NCBI GenBank assembly: GCA_041891055.1
Contig: CP169074.1
Coordinates: forward strand, 832,001-896,000
Reading direction: 5' to 3'
DNA from: Halorutilales archaeon Cl-col2-1
GTDB lineage: Archaea > Halobacteriota > Halobacteria > Halobacteriales > Afararchaeaceae
DNA length: 64,000 bases
The stretch's first letter is position 1; each line of letters begins with the position of its first letter. The position numbers and the translations under genes were made by a program. Positions 19,389 through 29,743 of this stretch are shown here, one piece after another. A model generated the notes under the pieces. The model saw only the letters and a list, made by a program, of their open reading frames with translations, had not been told where the DNA came from and did not search any database.

Positions 19389-19651
19389 TGACCGAGTACG
19401 AGATAGAGCTCGACCGTAAGAACTGCGACGGGATATTCGCGTGTCTCGTCCGTGACGACGTCCATCTCTACGAGGACGTCAAGGGCGAGAAGGTCGGTAT
19501 AAAGGACGCCGAGATAGAAGACGGAGTAATGAGAGGAGAGTTCGACGACGACCTGATCGACGACGCAGTCTCGGCGGCAGAGGCGTGTCCACCCGACGCT
19601 CTTAGGGTCGTGAGAGACGGAGAGACAGTCGCTCCCGAGGGTGAAGAATGA
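19388..19651 (+). CDS. Ferredoxin (87 aa, probable 3Fe-4S type)
   Basis: CDGIFAC...ACPPD; ATG overlaps the cbiH stop (TGATG). Confidence 0.8.
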   Translation: MTEYEIELDRKNCDGIFACLVRDDVHLYEDVKGEKVGIKDAEIEDGVMRGEFDDDLIDDAVSAAEACPPDALRVVRDGETVAPEGEE

Positions 19652-20886
19652 GTACGGGGGTTCAGAAGATGAGTATAAGCCTCGGAGACGCCGAGGGCGT
19701 ACGTACACGCGACCTGCGTCAGAGATCGAGTGTCCTCGTAGGTGACGACGCCGTCTACGTCGGGGAGGCGGACGGCACTGTCTCGGCGTACGACGGGGTC
19801 GACGGCGAACGCCTCTGGTCGATCGAGGGAAGAGGAAACGTCGTGAGCTTAGACGAGAGGGGCAGCAGACTGATAGTCGGAGAACGCGCCGAGGGAGGCG
19901 TCGTGAAGTCTCTCGACAAGGAGAACGGAGAGACAGCATGGAGCTACGAGACGTCACACGACGTAGGCGAGGCGACGAAGGATCACCAGCTCTACTACCC
20001 CTACGTCGTCGACGTCGTGGCTGACGACACCGTATACGCCGTCTCACGGCGGTACGACCGCGGGGAGTCGAGGAGCTGGTCGTGCTGTGTCTACGCCTTC
20101 GACGACGCTGGGGAAATACTCTGGAGATACGAGAACGACGCCTCTCCGATAAGCGCGAGCCTGAGGGAAGACGGTGAGAAGCTTGCCGTGGGGTTCAACA
20201 GGGCGGGAGAGAACCACGACAACGGCTTAGTCGTACTCGACACCGAGACGGGCGACCTGAGTATGACTTGGGACCCCGGCACGGAGGGGAACAGACGCGT
20301 GGGTGACGTCTCGTTCTCCGGCGACGAGATCGGAGTAGCGAGCCACGGCGACTACTCGGGCTACCTTCTGAGTGGGTCGGGAGGCGAGGTCTGGCGACGC
20401 GAAATCTCGGAGAAGAGAGACGTCGACGGCGACACCGTCTACGCCTACCCCAACCACGTCCACGCGTCCGACGACTCTGTAGTCTTCGTCACCGGAAACA
20501 CCTACGCCGAGGACACGAGGAAGCCCGACTCACTACATCCGCGTGAGAACAGCCTGATAGCCTACTCGTCCGACGGCGAAGAGGTCTGGGAAGACGACCT
20601 CGGCGGCTTCTCACAGAGAATATCGTATGACGGCGGCGTCTTAGGAGTTGCCTCGGCTCAGAACCTCAGGACGCGTGACCCCGACGTCCACGGTGTCAAG
20701 CTCTATGACACACAGGCGGAGTCGAACCCCGTCATAGACCATCTCCACACCGAGGGAGTCGTCACTGCTGTCGACGTAGACGCCGAGAGCCGTAGGTTCG
20801 CCGCGGTCGAGGAGCCGATGGAGTACGACGACGAGGACGGTCTGAGAGGCGAGTACAGATTACACGTCGGTGGTATGGATGTCTGA
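19648..20886 (+). CDS. PQQ/BamB-like beta-propeller protein without signal peptide
   Basis: Repeated G...W blade motifs (DGERLWS, NGETAWS, AGEILWR, GGEVWR); coupled within the cob operon. Confidence 0.75.
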   Translation: MSTGVQKMSISLGDAEGVRTRDLRQRSSVLVGDDAVYVGEADGTVSAYDGVDGERLWSIEGRGNVVSLDERGSRLIVGERAEGGVVKSLDKENGETAWSYETSHDVGEATKDHQLYYPYVVDVVADDTVYAVSRRYDRGESRSWSCCVYAFDDAGEILWRYENDASPISASLREDGEKLAVGFNRAGENHDNGLVVLDTETGDLSMTWDPGTEGNRRVGDVSFSGDEIGVASHGDYSGYLLSGSGGEVWRREISEKRDVDGDTVYAYPNHVHASDDSVVFVTGNTYAEDTRKPDSLHPRENSLIAYSSDGEEVWEDDLGGFSQRISYDGGVLGVASAQNLRTRDPDVHGVKLYDTQAESNPVIDHLHTEGVVTAVDVDAESRRFAAVEEPMEYDDEDGLRGEYRLHVGGMDV

Positions 20887-21952
20887 CGCTAACTCTGACT
20901 CCAGCTTCGAGACACACACAGAGACAGAGATCGAAGTTGACATTCCGCCGCTCGACGACGACGCAGGGGAGGAAGCGAGACAGCGTCAGTCACGTCTCAC
21001 GAAGCCCGAGGGAAGCCTCGGAGACCTCGAAGACCTCTCGGTGAGGATAGCAGGTATGAAGGCGAATCCGACGCCGAGGCTCGATCAGAAGGCGGTCGTA
21101 ACCATGGCGGGAGACCACGGAGTGGTAGAGGAAGGAGTGAGCGCGTATCCCCCCGAGGTCACCGCACAGATGGTCTATAACTTCCTCGAAGACGGTGCCG
21201 CGGTCAACTCCCTCGCCGACGTCGCCGACGCCAGAAACGTCGTAGTCGACATGGGGGTCGCCGAGGAGATAGAGTCACCCGACCTCGTAGACAAGAAGGT
21301 CGACTACGGTACATCGAACATCGCTGAGGAGCCCGCTATGACACGGAGCGAGGCGGTCGAGGCGGTCGAAGCCGGACGTGGGGTAGTCCGTGAACACGTC
21401 CCGGACGCCGACGTGATCGGTCTCGGAGACATGGGAATAGGAAACACGACGCCGTCGTCGGCTGTGACCGCCTACGTCGCCGACGCTACAGCCGAGGAGG
21501 TCGTCGGAAGAGGCACGGGGGTCGACGACGACTCTCTCCGGAAGAAGACAGACGTGGTCGAGACAGCCGTCGAGAGAGCCGATCCCGAAGACGCGATAGA
21601 TGTCTTAGCAGAGCTCGGAGGCTACGAGATGGGGGGTCTCGCGGGAGTCGCACTCGAAGCCGCGTCACGGCGTGTACCCGTCGTCGTCGACGGATTCATA
21701 ACCGGCGCGGCGTGTCTCGTCGCTGCCGAGATAGAGCCCGACGTCACCGACTACCTCTTGGGATCACACTCGTCGGTCGAGTCGGGACACGAGGTTCAGT
21801 TCGACTGTCTCGGAGTCGATCCTCTCTTCGACCTCGACCTGCGTCTCGGCGAGGGAACGGGAGCGTGTCTCGCCTTCAACGTCTTCGAGAGCGCGTGTAC
21901 GACACTGAGACAGATGGCGACATTCGACAACGCGGGCGTCTCCGACTCGTGA
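20879..21952 (+). CDS. cobT: Nicotinate-nucleotide--dimethylbenzimidazole phosphoribosyltransferase
   Basis: LTKPEGSLG, AGDHGV..GVSAYP, MGIGNTT, GRGTG, LRLGEGTGA. Confidence 0.93.
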   Translation: MSDANSDSSFETHTETEIEVDIPPLDDDAGEEARQRQSRLTKPEGSLGDLEDLSVRIAGMKANPTPRLDQKAVVTMAGDHGVVEEGVSAYPPEVTAQMVYNFLEDGAAVNSLADVADARNVVVDMGVAEEIESPDLVDKKVDYGTSNIAEEPAMTRSEAVEAVEAGRGVVREHVPDADVIGLGDMGIGNTTPSSAVTAYVADATAEEVVGRGTGVDDDSLRKKTDVVETAVERADPEDAIDVLAELGGYEMGGLAGVALEAASRRVPVVVDGFITGAACLVAAEIEPDVTDYLLGSHSSVESGHEVQFDCLGVDPLFDLDLRLGEGTGACLAFNVFESACTTLRQMATFDNAGVSDS

Positions 21953-21958
21953 CATGAT

Positions 21959-22603
21959 ATGATACACGACACGAAGCCGAGACAGTTCGTCGTCGTCGGG
22001 CACGACGCTCCGACGGAGCCCGACTTCTCACTCGACTCGTTAACCCAGGGGAGACTCGACCTCCTGTGCAGATGCGTAACCTCGTCGTTCGTACTCTCCC
22101 ACTCGTTACGTGACGACACGCGTCTCTACCTCGTCCTGAGCGACGAGGTAACTCTGAGGTTCGAGGGCGACGAACTCAGACATCTCAACCCCGACGAGAG
22201 GAGCACGGCGTCTCTCGTACGGAAGGCTCTCAAGAAGAAAGACGACGTAGTCGGAATGGTCGAGGCGGAGTCGACGCCGGGAATATACGTGTCACAGAAG
22301 GGATTCGAAGACGTCCTGAGCGGGATAGGCACAGACTCAGACACGAGCGTCGACGTAGTAGAGCTACACGAGGACGGAGAGCCCGTGACACAGATAGAGA
22401 CAGACGTCGAGGAGGGAAGAGAGCGTAATCTGTGTTTCGTCCTCTCGGATCACCACGACCTCACAGACGGCGAGTCACGTCTCGTCGAGGAGGTTCGGGA
22501 CAGACGTGTGAGTCTGGGATCTAAGAGCCTCCACGCCGACGACTCGATCACTGTCATGCATAACTACCTCGACACACGCGGGTACGAGAAGTACAAGCTT
22601 TAA
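21959..22603 (+). CDS. trmY: tRNA (pseudouridine54-N1)-methyltransferase
   Basis: GRLDLLCRC, LSHSLR, PDERS, FVLSDH, SLG..LHAD SPOUT motifs. Confidence 0.9.
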   Translation: MIHDTKPRQFVVVGHDAPTEPDFSLDSLTQGRLDLLCRCVTSSFVLSHSLRDDTRLYLVLSDEVTLRFEGDELRHLNPDERSTASLVRKALKKKDDVVGMVEAESTPGIYVSQKGFEDVLSGIGTDSDTSVDVVELHEDGEPVTQIETDVEEGRERNLCFVLSDHHDLTDGESRLVEEVRDRRVSLGSKSLHADDSITVMHNYLDTRGYEKYKL

Positions 22604-22628
22604 CCCGCTGGACTCCCGACTTTTTGGT

Positions 22629-22922
22629 ATGTCAGGAAGAGACTCAAACTCAGACGAAGCCGACTCCGACGACGAGAAGTCGAGAGAGGAGAAGCTTGAG
22701 GAGATGATGGGTGGAGAAGACGCAATGGCTCAGATGCTCGGTGCGATGGGAGGCATGGGCGGAGGAATGATGGGAGGAAGAGGACGTGGCGGAGGAGACG
22801 ACGACCGTACAGCTATGGAAGTCAGAAGCCTTGCGAAGGAAGTTGAAGAGCTACGTAACGAGATGATGCAGACGCGTAAGGCCATCGAGCGTATCGCAGA
22901 CAGCCTCGAAGACGACGAGTAA
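22629..22922 (+). CDS. Hypothetical protein (Met/Gly-rich, C-terminal coiled coil)
   Basis: Acidic composition, typical codon use, ERIADSLE end. Confidence 0.7.
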   Translation: MSGRDSNSDEADSDDEKSREEKLEEMMGGEDAMAQMLGAMGGMGGGMMGGRGRGGGDDDRTAMEVRSLAKEVEELRNEMMQTRKAIERIADSLEDDE

Positions 22923-22933
22923 ACCGCCCTAGG

Positions 22934-23425
22934 TCAGACGAGTATAACGACCACGAGTCCGGCGAGTATGGTGAAGGTAAGAACTGCTTGGACGACGTTT
23001 GTCGCTAAGAGTCCGACTGTGGTGTAGGCGGCGGTTCGGAGACTCCGTCGATGGTCGCCGCTACGCCGGTACTCGACCACGAACACAGTTCCGACTGATC
23101 CGACAAGTACCCCGGCGGGTCCCAGGGTTAGAAGTCCCACGACACCAGCTACACCCGCCACAGCAGCGAGCTTGGTGGATGCTCCTCCCACCTTCGCCGC
23201 GAACATCCCTCCGAACCAGTCTACGGCTATGACTACGAGTCCGACAGACGTGAGTAGAGCCAGTACGGCTAATCCGGGATCTGAGTAGCCGGTCGAGAAC
23301 CAGTAGATGTATACACCCGACAGCGACAGGATCGCGCCGGGTATGAGAGGGAGAAAGCTCCCGAAGACGCCGAGTGCTGCGAGTACCACAGCGACCAAGA
23401 CGAGGGGTTCGAGACCGAGAGCCAT
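22934..23425 (-). CDS. DUF456 family membrane protein
   Basis: GSFLPLIPG, GGAS, GPAGVLVG. Confidence 0.82.
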   Translation of the reverse strand: MALGLEPLVLVAVVLAALGVFGSFLPLIPGAILSLSGVYIYWFSTGYSDPGLAVLALLTSVGLVVIAVDWFGGMFAAKVGGASTKLAAVAGVAGVVGLLTLGPAGVLVGSVGTVFVVEYRRSGDHRRSLRTAAYTTVGLLATNVVQAVLTFTILAGLVVVILV

Positions 23426-23644
23426 CGTCTTTGTCTCAGGGCTGTTGAGACTTACTCCTTAGGTTCGGATCAGGTAACTAATCCACGGATGACTACAGCC
23501 TCAGGAGTCCGTTGACGACTAAGAGTCCGACTATGAGTACGAAGAAGGAACCCAGAGCGACGGTGACGGCGACTGCGACTGGCTCCAATCGTCAGACTAC
23601 TCCGACTCCAGAAATGCTTAGTACCCCGACAGCCGAGAGTCGGT

Positions 23645-24049
23645 ATGTCTCTTCTGGGACGTCTGTGGAGCCAGGACAACGCTGTCCTGATTACCGCGGT
23701 ACTCGTGGGTCTTGTCGGAGCATACTCGTTCAACACGACTTTCGGTTTCGAGGGAAGCTTTCTACTACTTCTGACTCTCGCTAACTCGGTACCGAGAGCC
23801 TACTCGGGATACTGGATCAGGTACTCGTCCGACACGAAGGCGGTAGCCTGGACAGTTGGAACATCTGTAGTCGCGGGAGCCGAGTTCACGGGAGTCTACG
23901 TCGTAGGAGTAGGTCTTCTGTCTGTGTCTCCTATCGTGGCGAGTGTCGGCGCGTTCGTAGCCGTCCATCTCGGCAACTACGTCTGGCTGAGAGTACTACG
24001 GAACAAAATCGAAGAGAATAGCCCCGACAAGGCTCGCTGTGAACAGTGA
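23645..24049 (+). CDS. Hypothetical membrane protein (about 4 TM)
   Basis: Hydrophobic 134-aa ORF filling the gap. Confidence 0.6.
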   Translation: MSLLGRLWSQDNAVLITAVLVGLVGAYSFNTTFGFEGSFLLLLTLANSVPRAYSGYWIRYSSDTKAVAWTVGTSVVAGAEFTGVYVVGVGLLSVSPIVASVGAFVAVHLGNYVWLRVLRNKIEENSPDKARCEQ

Positions 24050-24153
24050 GAACAACACCGACAAGACGTACTTGACGGCTGGTCTGCCCATGCCCGTGTT
24101 CTCGTCCATATCTATGTTTGGGACATCTATCAGTAAAAGTGGGATCGTTAAAG

Positions 24154-24227
24154 TGGGACCGTTGAGATTCGAACTCAAGTCCGACCGCCCCCAGCGGCCG
24201 AGGATAACCAAGCTACCCTACGGTCCC
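24154..24227 (-). tRNA. tRNA-Pro (GGG)
   Basis: Minus strand GGGACCG..TAGCTTGGTTATC..GGCCG-CTGGGGG-CGGTC..TTGAG-TTCGAAT-CTCAA-CGGTCCC-A; no encoded CCA. Confidence 0.95.
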
Positions 24228-24336
24228 TCTATCTATGTCTTGGACTGTTTGTGCTATAAGAGCTTTGTTTTGCCCGAGTGGAAACAGCTTATACGGGAGG
24301 TTTTATCGTGTAAGAAGACCAACCCTGACTAAGCAC

Positions 24337-26121
24337 ATGCGTTCTAGTCTCAGGAAGTCGGTAGCCGTCTTGGTTCTGTTCGCCGTCTGTGTACAGCCAG
24401 TCACAGCCACTGTACACGTCCCTGCTGTGACGAAAGACGGTGACCAGGGTGGCGTCGCAGAGGTCGGGGTTACAATACACGAAGGCACCGGGGAGGTCAC
24501 CGTCAAGGGAGAGGGGGACACAGAGATAGGCGAAACTCTGAGGGGGAGCGCGTATCTCGCGGCGTTCGTGGCGAGCGACATGACCGACATCGACATGTCG
24601 AAGTACGACTTCGTATACAGAGTCGAGATCAACTCAGAGGCGATCGACGGCCCGAGCGCTGGCGCGGCTATGGCTGTCGAGACCGTAGCCGAGATAGAGG
24701 GCTGGGAGACTGACGACACCGTGATCACGGGGATGGTCAATCCCGACGGTAGCATAGGTCCTGTGGGTGGAGTCGACGACAAGCTCAACTTCTCGGCGTC
24801 GGAGGGATACGACAGGCTCGTAGTTCCGACGGGGCAGACGAGGATAAAGGGAATTGAGAGGGGTCCACGTGGGTCAAGGATAACCGAGACGACCAACCTC
24901 ACAAGGATAGGCAACCAGAGAAACGTCGAAGTCGTAGAGGTCGACTCGGTCGCGGAAGGGGTCTATGCCGCCACGGGGAAGAACGTGACACAGAGTACCG
25001 AAAACGTGACGGACACAGACACGTCGGTGCGGTCGGAGTCGTTTACGAGACGGATGAGAGGTCTCGCCTCGAATCTCAGAAACTCGTCACACAGCCTCCT
25101 CGAAGAGTCGCGTGAGAGAGGCATAAACACGTCTCAGGCTGAGAACGAGATCGATACGGGGGAGAGCTACTTCGACAACGAATCTTACTACTCTAGCACG
25201 AGTTCCTTCTTCCAGTCGATGATAAGCATGAGGTCGGCGATATTCGAGAGAAAGATAGAGGACGAGGGTCTCGACGCAGTCAAGCAGGAAGTAAGGGGCG
25301 AGATAGACACGAGCAAGGAGTACCTGGAGTCACGGAGAGAGACGACCGCGCTCACGGGTTTACAGGCTTCGGAGTCACGTATAACGAAGGCTGAGGCACG
25401 TCTCGAAGGCGTCGGAAGCCTCGAATCAACGGAGATAGACGTCGCCGCGAACCGTCTCGGCTTCGCTTACGAGAGGGCGAGAACAGCACGTTACTGGGTC
25501 AACGTGACACAGCAGCCCGAGGACGAGATACGTGACTATCCACGTATAAAGACGGTCGCGAAGTCACATCTCGACAGAACTGAGAGGGTCTGGGACTACT
25601 TCAGGGTGATGTTCGACCTCCCCCAGAACTTCAGACCCAACAGTCTCACGACAGCACGCACCAACTACGAGAAGGGCTACTACTACGGCTCGATGATCGA
25701 CTCGCTATCCGCCTTCGGGGTTCTATCAGCGCGTCTCCAGTCCTTCGATGTCGACCCCGACATCACACGCGAGTACCAGACGTCGAAACGTGAGGCAAGA
25801 GCCGAGATACTCGACGCACAGAGACAGGGGATAGACTCGACCCTACCCGTGAGTCTCTACCTCTTCAGCCAGAACTCCCTCGACGACGAGAGGATGAAGT
25901 TCGAGGTCTACGAACAGGCGAAGCTCATAGCCAAGTACAACGCACAGATAAAGGAGCCGCCGTCGAAGACCCCCGCTAAGCTCAAAGAAGTACGTGACCC
26001 CATCGTAAATCCGGGTCCCGACAGCATCATCAGACCTGGGACGCCGCTCGCTGTCGCGGCTCTCGTCTTAGTGGGTCTCCTCGCGTCTGTCCTCGTGAGA
26101 CGTCTCAAGCCCAGACACTGA
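24337..26121 (+). CDS. Secreted, membrane-anchored archaeal S16 (Lon-C-like) serine protease
   Basis: Signal peptide; DGPSAGAA catalytic Ser; TGMVNPDGSIGPVGGV..K dyad Lys; C-terminal TM with basic tail. Confidence 0.85.
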   Translation: MRSSLRKSVAVLVLFAVCVQPVTATVHVPAVTKDGDQGGVAEVGVTIHEGTGEVTVKGEGDTEIGETLRGSAYLAAFVASDMTDIDMSKYDFVYRVEINSEAIDGPSAGAAMAVETVAEIEGWETDDTVITGMVNPDGSIGPVGGVDDKLNFSASEGYDRLVVPTGQTRIKGIERGPRGSRITETTNLTRIGNQRNVEVVEVDSVAEGVYAATGKNVTQSTENVTDTDTSVRSESFTRRMRGLASNLRNSSHSLLEESRERGINTSQAENEIDTGESYFDNESYYSSTSSFFQSMISMRSAIFERKIEDEGLDAVKQEVRGEIDTSKEYLESRRETTALTGLQASESRITKAEARLEGVGSLESTEIDVAANRLGFAYERARTARYWVNVTQQPEDEIRDYPRIKTVAKSHLDRTERVWDYFRVMFDLPQNFRPNSLTTARTNYEKGYYYGSMIDSLSAFGVLSARLQSFDVDPDITREYQTSKREARAEILDAQRQGIDSTLPVSLYLFSQNSLDDERMKFEVYEQAKLIAKYNAQIKEPPSKTPAKLKEVRDPIVNPGPDSIIRPGTPLAVAALVLVGLLASVLVRRLKPRH

Positions 26122-26128
26122 TCCAATC

Positions 26129-27616
26129 ATGCTCGTACTCGGAACCTCGTCACACGTCGGAAAGAGCACCGTAGTCGCGGGGCTATGCCGTCTCCTCTCC
26201 GACGAAGGGTACGAAGTCGCACCGTTCAAGGCTCAGAACATGAGCAATAACTCATGGGTGACCTCCGAAGGCGGTGAGATAGGAATATCACAGGCTGTAC
26301 AGGCGTGGGCGGCGCGTAAGGAGCCATCCGTCGAGATGAACCCCGTCCTCCTCAAGCCGAAGGGCGACGGTGTCTCGCAGGTAGTACTCCTCGGAGACGT
26401 ACATGGCGACAGGGAGACGGGAGAGTACTACGACGAGTTCGACGAGATGAGACGCCACGCGAAAGAGGCGTACGAGAGACTCGCAGACGAGAACGACGTC
26501 GTAGTCGCCGAGGGTGCGGGGGGAGCGGCGGAGATCAACCTACAAGACCGTGACCTCTCGAACACAGAGACTGCGCGGTTCGCCGACTCGCCAGTAGTAC
26601 TCGTCGCCGACATAGAGAGGGGAGGTGTCTTCGCGAGCGTCTATGGAACTCTCGAACTCCTCCCCAACGACATACGTGAGAACGTCAAGGGTGTGATCAT
26701 CAACAAGTTCAGGGGATCGCTCGACGTCCTGGAGCCGGGACTCGAAGAGCTCGAAGACCTAACGGGAGTCCGAGTCTTAGGCGTCCTGCCCTACACCGAC
26801 CTCGGCCTCCCCTCCGAGGACTCGTTGTCGATAGACGACAAGCCGGCGTCGGAGGACAGATACGATGACGGAGAAGCCGAAGTAGCCGTCGTGCGTCTTC
26901 CACGTATCTCGAACTTCACCGACTTCGAGCCTCTTGAACGCGAGGAGCGGGTCAAGGTCAGATACGTCGATCTTGCCGACTCTCTCGGAGATCCCGACGC
27001 CGTCATTATCCCCGGCACTAAGAACACAGTCGACGACCTCGTGAGCCTGAAGGAGACTAACCTCTTCAATGAGATTAGATCGTACGACGGCGTCGTCGTC
27101 GGTGTGTGTGGAGGGTTCCAGATGCTCGGCGAGTGGGTAGTAGACGAGGGCAACGAGTCGGTTGACGACGAGACACAGAGGATAGAGGGTCTCGGACTTG
27201 TCCCGGTCAGAACACGGTTCGACTCGTCGGAGAGTGGATACGCCGATGACAGACGGAAGACGACCCGACAGGTCGAGCTAAGAGCCACAGGAGACGGGCT
27301 CCTCTCGGATTTCGAGGGCACCGTAGAGGGCTACGAAATACATATGGGGGAGACGGACGAGGTCGGAGAGTCTCCGGGACTTGAATCCGCCTTCGGACAT
27401 GACGGTGTCGTGACAGACCGTGTCCTCGGAACGTACCTCCACGGTCTCTTCTCGAACGACGGCTTCCGTGACGCCTTCGTAGACGCCATAGGTGGCTGTT
27501 CCGAGTCCTCAAGCTCTCCTGACTCCGATCCCTACGACGATGCGGCACGTCTTCTGAGGGAGAATATTGATACACAGGCTATCATAAAGATGGCTGAGTC
27601 GGAGAAAGCAGAATAG
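26129..27616 (+). CDS. cbiP: Cobyric acid synthase
   Basis: GTSSHVGKS, FKAQNMSNN, EGAG, ISNFTDF, GVCGGFQMLG, GYEIH, GTYLHG. Confidence 0.95.
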   Translation: MLVLGTSSHVGKSTVVAGLCRLLSDEGYEVAPFKAQNMSNNSWVTSEGGEIGISQAVQAWAARKEPSVEMNPVLLKPKGDGVSQVVLLGDVHGDRETGEYYDEFDEMRRHAKEAYERLADENDVVVAEGAGGAAEINLQDRDLSNTETARFADSPVVLVADIERGGVFASVYGTLELLPNDIRENVKGVIINKFRGSLDVLEPGLEELEDLTGVRVLGVLPYTDLGLPSEDSLSIDDKPASEDRYDDGEAEVAVVRLPRISNFTDFEPLEREERVKVRYVDLADSLGDPDAVIIPGTKNTVDDLVSLKETNLFNEIRSYDGVVVGVCGGFQMLGEWVVDEGNESVDDETQRIEGLGLVPVRTRFDSSESGYADDRRKTTRQVELRATGDGLLSDFEGTVEGYEIHMGETDEVGESPGLESAFGHDGVVTDRVLGTYLHGLFSNDGFRDAFVDAIGGCSESSSSPDSDPYDDAARLLRENIDTQAIIKMAESEKAE

Positions 27617-27617
27617 A

Positions 27618-28118
27618 TCAGTCCTCGAGCCTCTCGATCTCGTGGACGAGTTTCTCGACCGCCTTCCTCGCTATCTCCTCGCGGTTCTCTTCCCTGTTAC
27701 CGTCTACTTCGACCCTCTTGACGGCGGTATAGGACTCTTCGGAGCCCCAGTCCCCGGCATACGAGACACCGAGATAAGCCGTTCCCACTGGGTCGTCGTC
27801 TCCTCCCGTAGGTCCCGCGTACCCCGTCGTCGATACTCCCCACGTCGTGCCCGCTCTGTCACGCGCTGCTTTCGCCATCTCTCCGGCGACTTCCTCGCTT
27901 ACAGCACCGTATCGGTCGAGACTCTCGCGGTCTATCCCGAGATGTCTCGTCTTCGAGTCGTAGGTATATGTCACGAAGGCGGTCTCGAAGTAGTCGCTCG
28001 CACCGGGTGTCCTCGTGAGAAGATACGCCACCATTCCATCGGTACACGACTCGGCTGTCGCAACTGTCGAGTGGTTTCTCCGGAGAGCGTTTGAGACGCG
28101 TCTGTGTAGCTTCGACAT
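27618..28118 (-). CDS. CinA/PncC family protein
   Basis: ATAESCT, PGAS.YF, GAVSEEVA..MA, TGYAGP. Confidence 0.9.
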   Translation of the reverse strand: MSKLHRRVSNALRRNHSTVATAESCTDGMVAYLLTRTPGASDYFETAFVTYTYDSKTRHLGIDRESLDRYGAVSEEVAGEMAKAARDRAGTTWGVSTTGYAGPTGGDDDPVGTAYLGVSYAGDWGSEESYTAVKRVEVDGNREENREEIARKAVEKLVHEIERLED

Positions 28119-28193
28119 GGTCTTGGTGTATACTTCCCGGGGACATAGTAGTTTCCGACAGCTTAAACTGACGAGACGGCGTAAATCCGGAGG

Positions 28194-28454
28194 ATGAGAA
28201 AGGAGTTCCTCGAAAGGGTAGGTATCAGGAGAAACGCCGTAGTCGGCGGTGTTCTGGGGCTCGTCGTCGGGGGCTTCTTCTTCTACGTCCGAGCAATCAA
28301 CGCCACGAACAATACCTATCCACTATACCTATACGCAGGTCTCTCCGTCGTCTCCGCCGTCGCTCTCACGGGCTTCGTGACTATAACACTCACGCTCATC
28401 AGCTGGCTCAGGCTGGGTCTGAGAGAGAAAGAAAAAGAGACTGAGACTGACTGA
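28194..28454 (+). CDS. Hypothetical 2-TM protein
   Basis: 86 aa with two hydrophobic helices. Confidence 0.65.
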   Translation: MRKEFLERVGIRRNAVVGGVLGLVVGGFFFYVRAINATNNTYPLYLYAGLSVVSAVALTGFVTITLTLISWLRLGLREKEKETETD

Positions 28455-29633
28455 CTACGACCGAGCCATCTTCTTGAGACGTTTCTCGCCCGACCGCGTG
28501 CCTCTCGCTATCACTGTGTCGTCGGCTTCGAGACGTGTCTCAGCGTAGGGATTGTATATCCAGCCCTCTTCCCGTCTCACAGCCATGACGTGCATACCCG
28601 TCTTGGTCTCCAGGTTGAGGCTACCAAGCGTCTCGGAGTCGAGCTTACTACCCCCCTCAACCTGAACCTGGGCAATTATCTCGTTGCTCTCCCTCACAGC
28701 CTCAGAGAAGACGGGATGTAGATCGATGTCACGCATAGTGACGTCAGCCATCTCAAGAGCCGCATCGGAGATGACCTCCGACGAGATAGCGAGATGTATG
28801 AGACCTCTCAGGTTCGAGGGGTTCTCGACCTGACACGCCGACTCGAGAACCCAGTCCTCTAAGTCCTGCATGAGGTCGTCCGACTCCGATTCGAGAACCT
28901 GAACCTGGCTAGCTATCCTCTCACTCTCAAAGAGAGTGGCGCTGTAAGCGAGACCCACTGAGAGCTCTGCCTTATTCTTCATCTCGATTATCGCCTTGAC
29001 CGCCTTATCGAGATCCTCTATCGCGCTTGCGACTGCACCTTCGTACGACTTCTCCTCTCCGGTCAGCAGGAGATGAACGTCTCTCAGACCCTCCTCGGGA
29101 CCCTCACAGAAGACGACGTCGTTCTTGAGGACACGTGTCTCCTTCTGTGGAGCGAATATCCAGTCGTTGTCACGTTTTATAGCGAAGACGTGAACCCCTG
29201 TCTGTGTTTCGAGGTCAGTCTCCCCGAGCGACTTTCCCGCGATATCGGAGCCCTCGTCGACACACACACGCATCACCGACTCCTTAGCCTCAGGGAGAGC
29301 ACCCCTCAGCGACTCGGGGAGACCCATCTCTCTGAGAAGAACTTCGGCTATGTCCTCGGCGGCGTTCGATATCTTCTCGGCGGCTCCTACGATCTGGAAG
29401 ATTCCGACGAGCTTCTCGGCGTCATCTGAGCTTCGCGCGGCGAGCATCAGAGCGATACGGGCGTGGTACTGGAGAAAGTTCATCCTATCTTCGAGTTCGA
29501 GAACCTCCTGTGCTATCTCACGGTTCTTGAACAGAACCGCGGTGTAGGCGAGGTCGACCATGAGCTCGGAGGTGTCCTTCATCTCCGTGAGTATCTCCTT
29601 GACGTTACGTGGCTCGTACTCTATGCCGCGCAT
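28455..29633 (-). CDS. PhoU/TrkA-C tandem protein (potassium channel-associated family)
   Basis: EMKDTSELMVDLAY duplicated with LETQTG/LETKTG TrkA-C domains. Confidence 0.88.
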   Translation of the reverse strand: MRGIEYEPRNVKEILTEMKDTSELMVDLAYTAVLFKNREIAQEVLELEDRMNFLQYHARIALMLAARSSDDAEKLVGIFQIVGAAEKISNAAEDIAEVLLREMGLPESLRGALPEAKESVMRVCVDEGSDIAGKSLGETDLETQTGVHVFAIKRDNDWIFAPQKETRVLKNDVVFCEGPEEGLRDVHLLLTGEEKSYEGAVASAIEDLDKAVKAIIEMKNKAELSVGLAYSATLFESERIASQVQVLESESDDLMQDLEDWVLESACQVENPSNLRGLIHLAISSEVISDAALEMADVTMRDIDLHPVFSEAVRESNEIIAQVQVEGGSKLDSETLGSLNLETKTGMHVMAVRREEGWIYNPYAETRLEADDTVIARGTRSGEKRLKKMARS

Positions 29634-29743
29634 TAGTACACGGTTGGTCGTCGCTGAGGTAAATCTTTGGTATGTCTTGTCACACGAGTAGGACGTACGT
29701 CTGACGCAGGCTATTTGAGGTTAGAGGTCAACTCTGGATTAAG

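Noticed and set aside
23996-24332. ORFs 23996-24211 and 24039-24332, and the extended start 24235 of the protease
   Set aside because: The two ORFs overlap tRNA-Pro and the extended start runs through its promoter. A 37-aa sub-ORF (24109-23996) is possible but overlaps a convergent gene and is unsupported.
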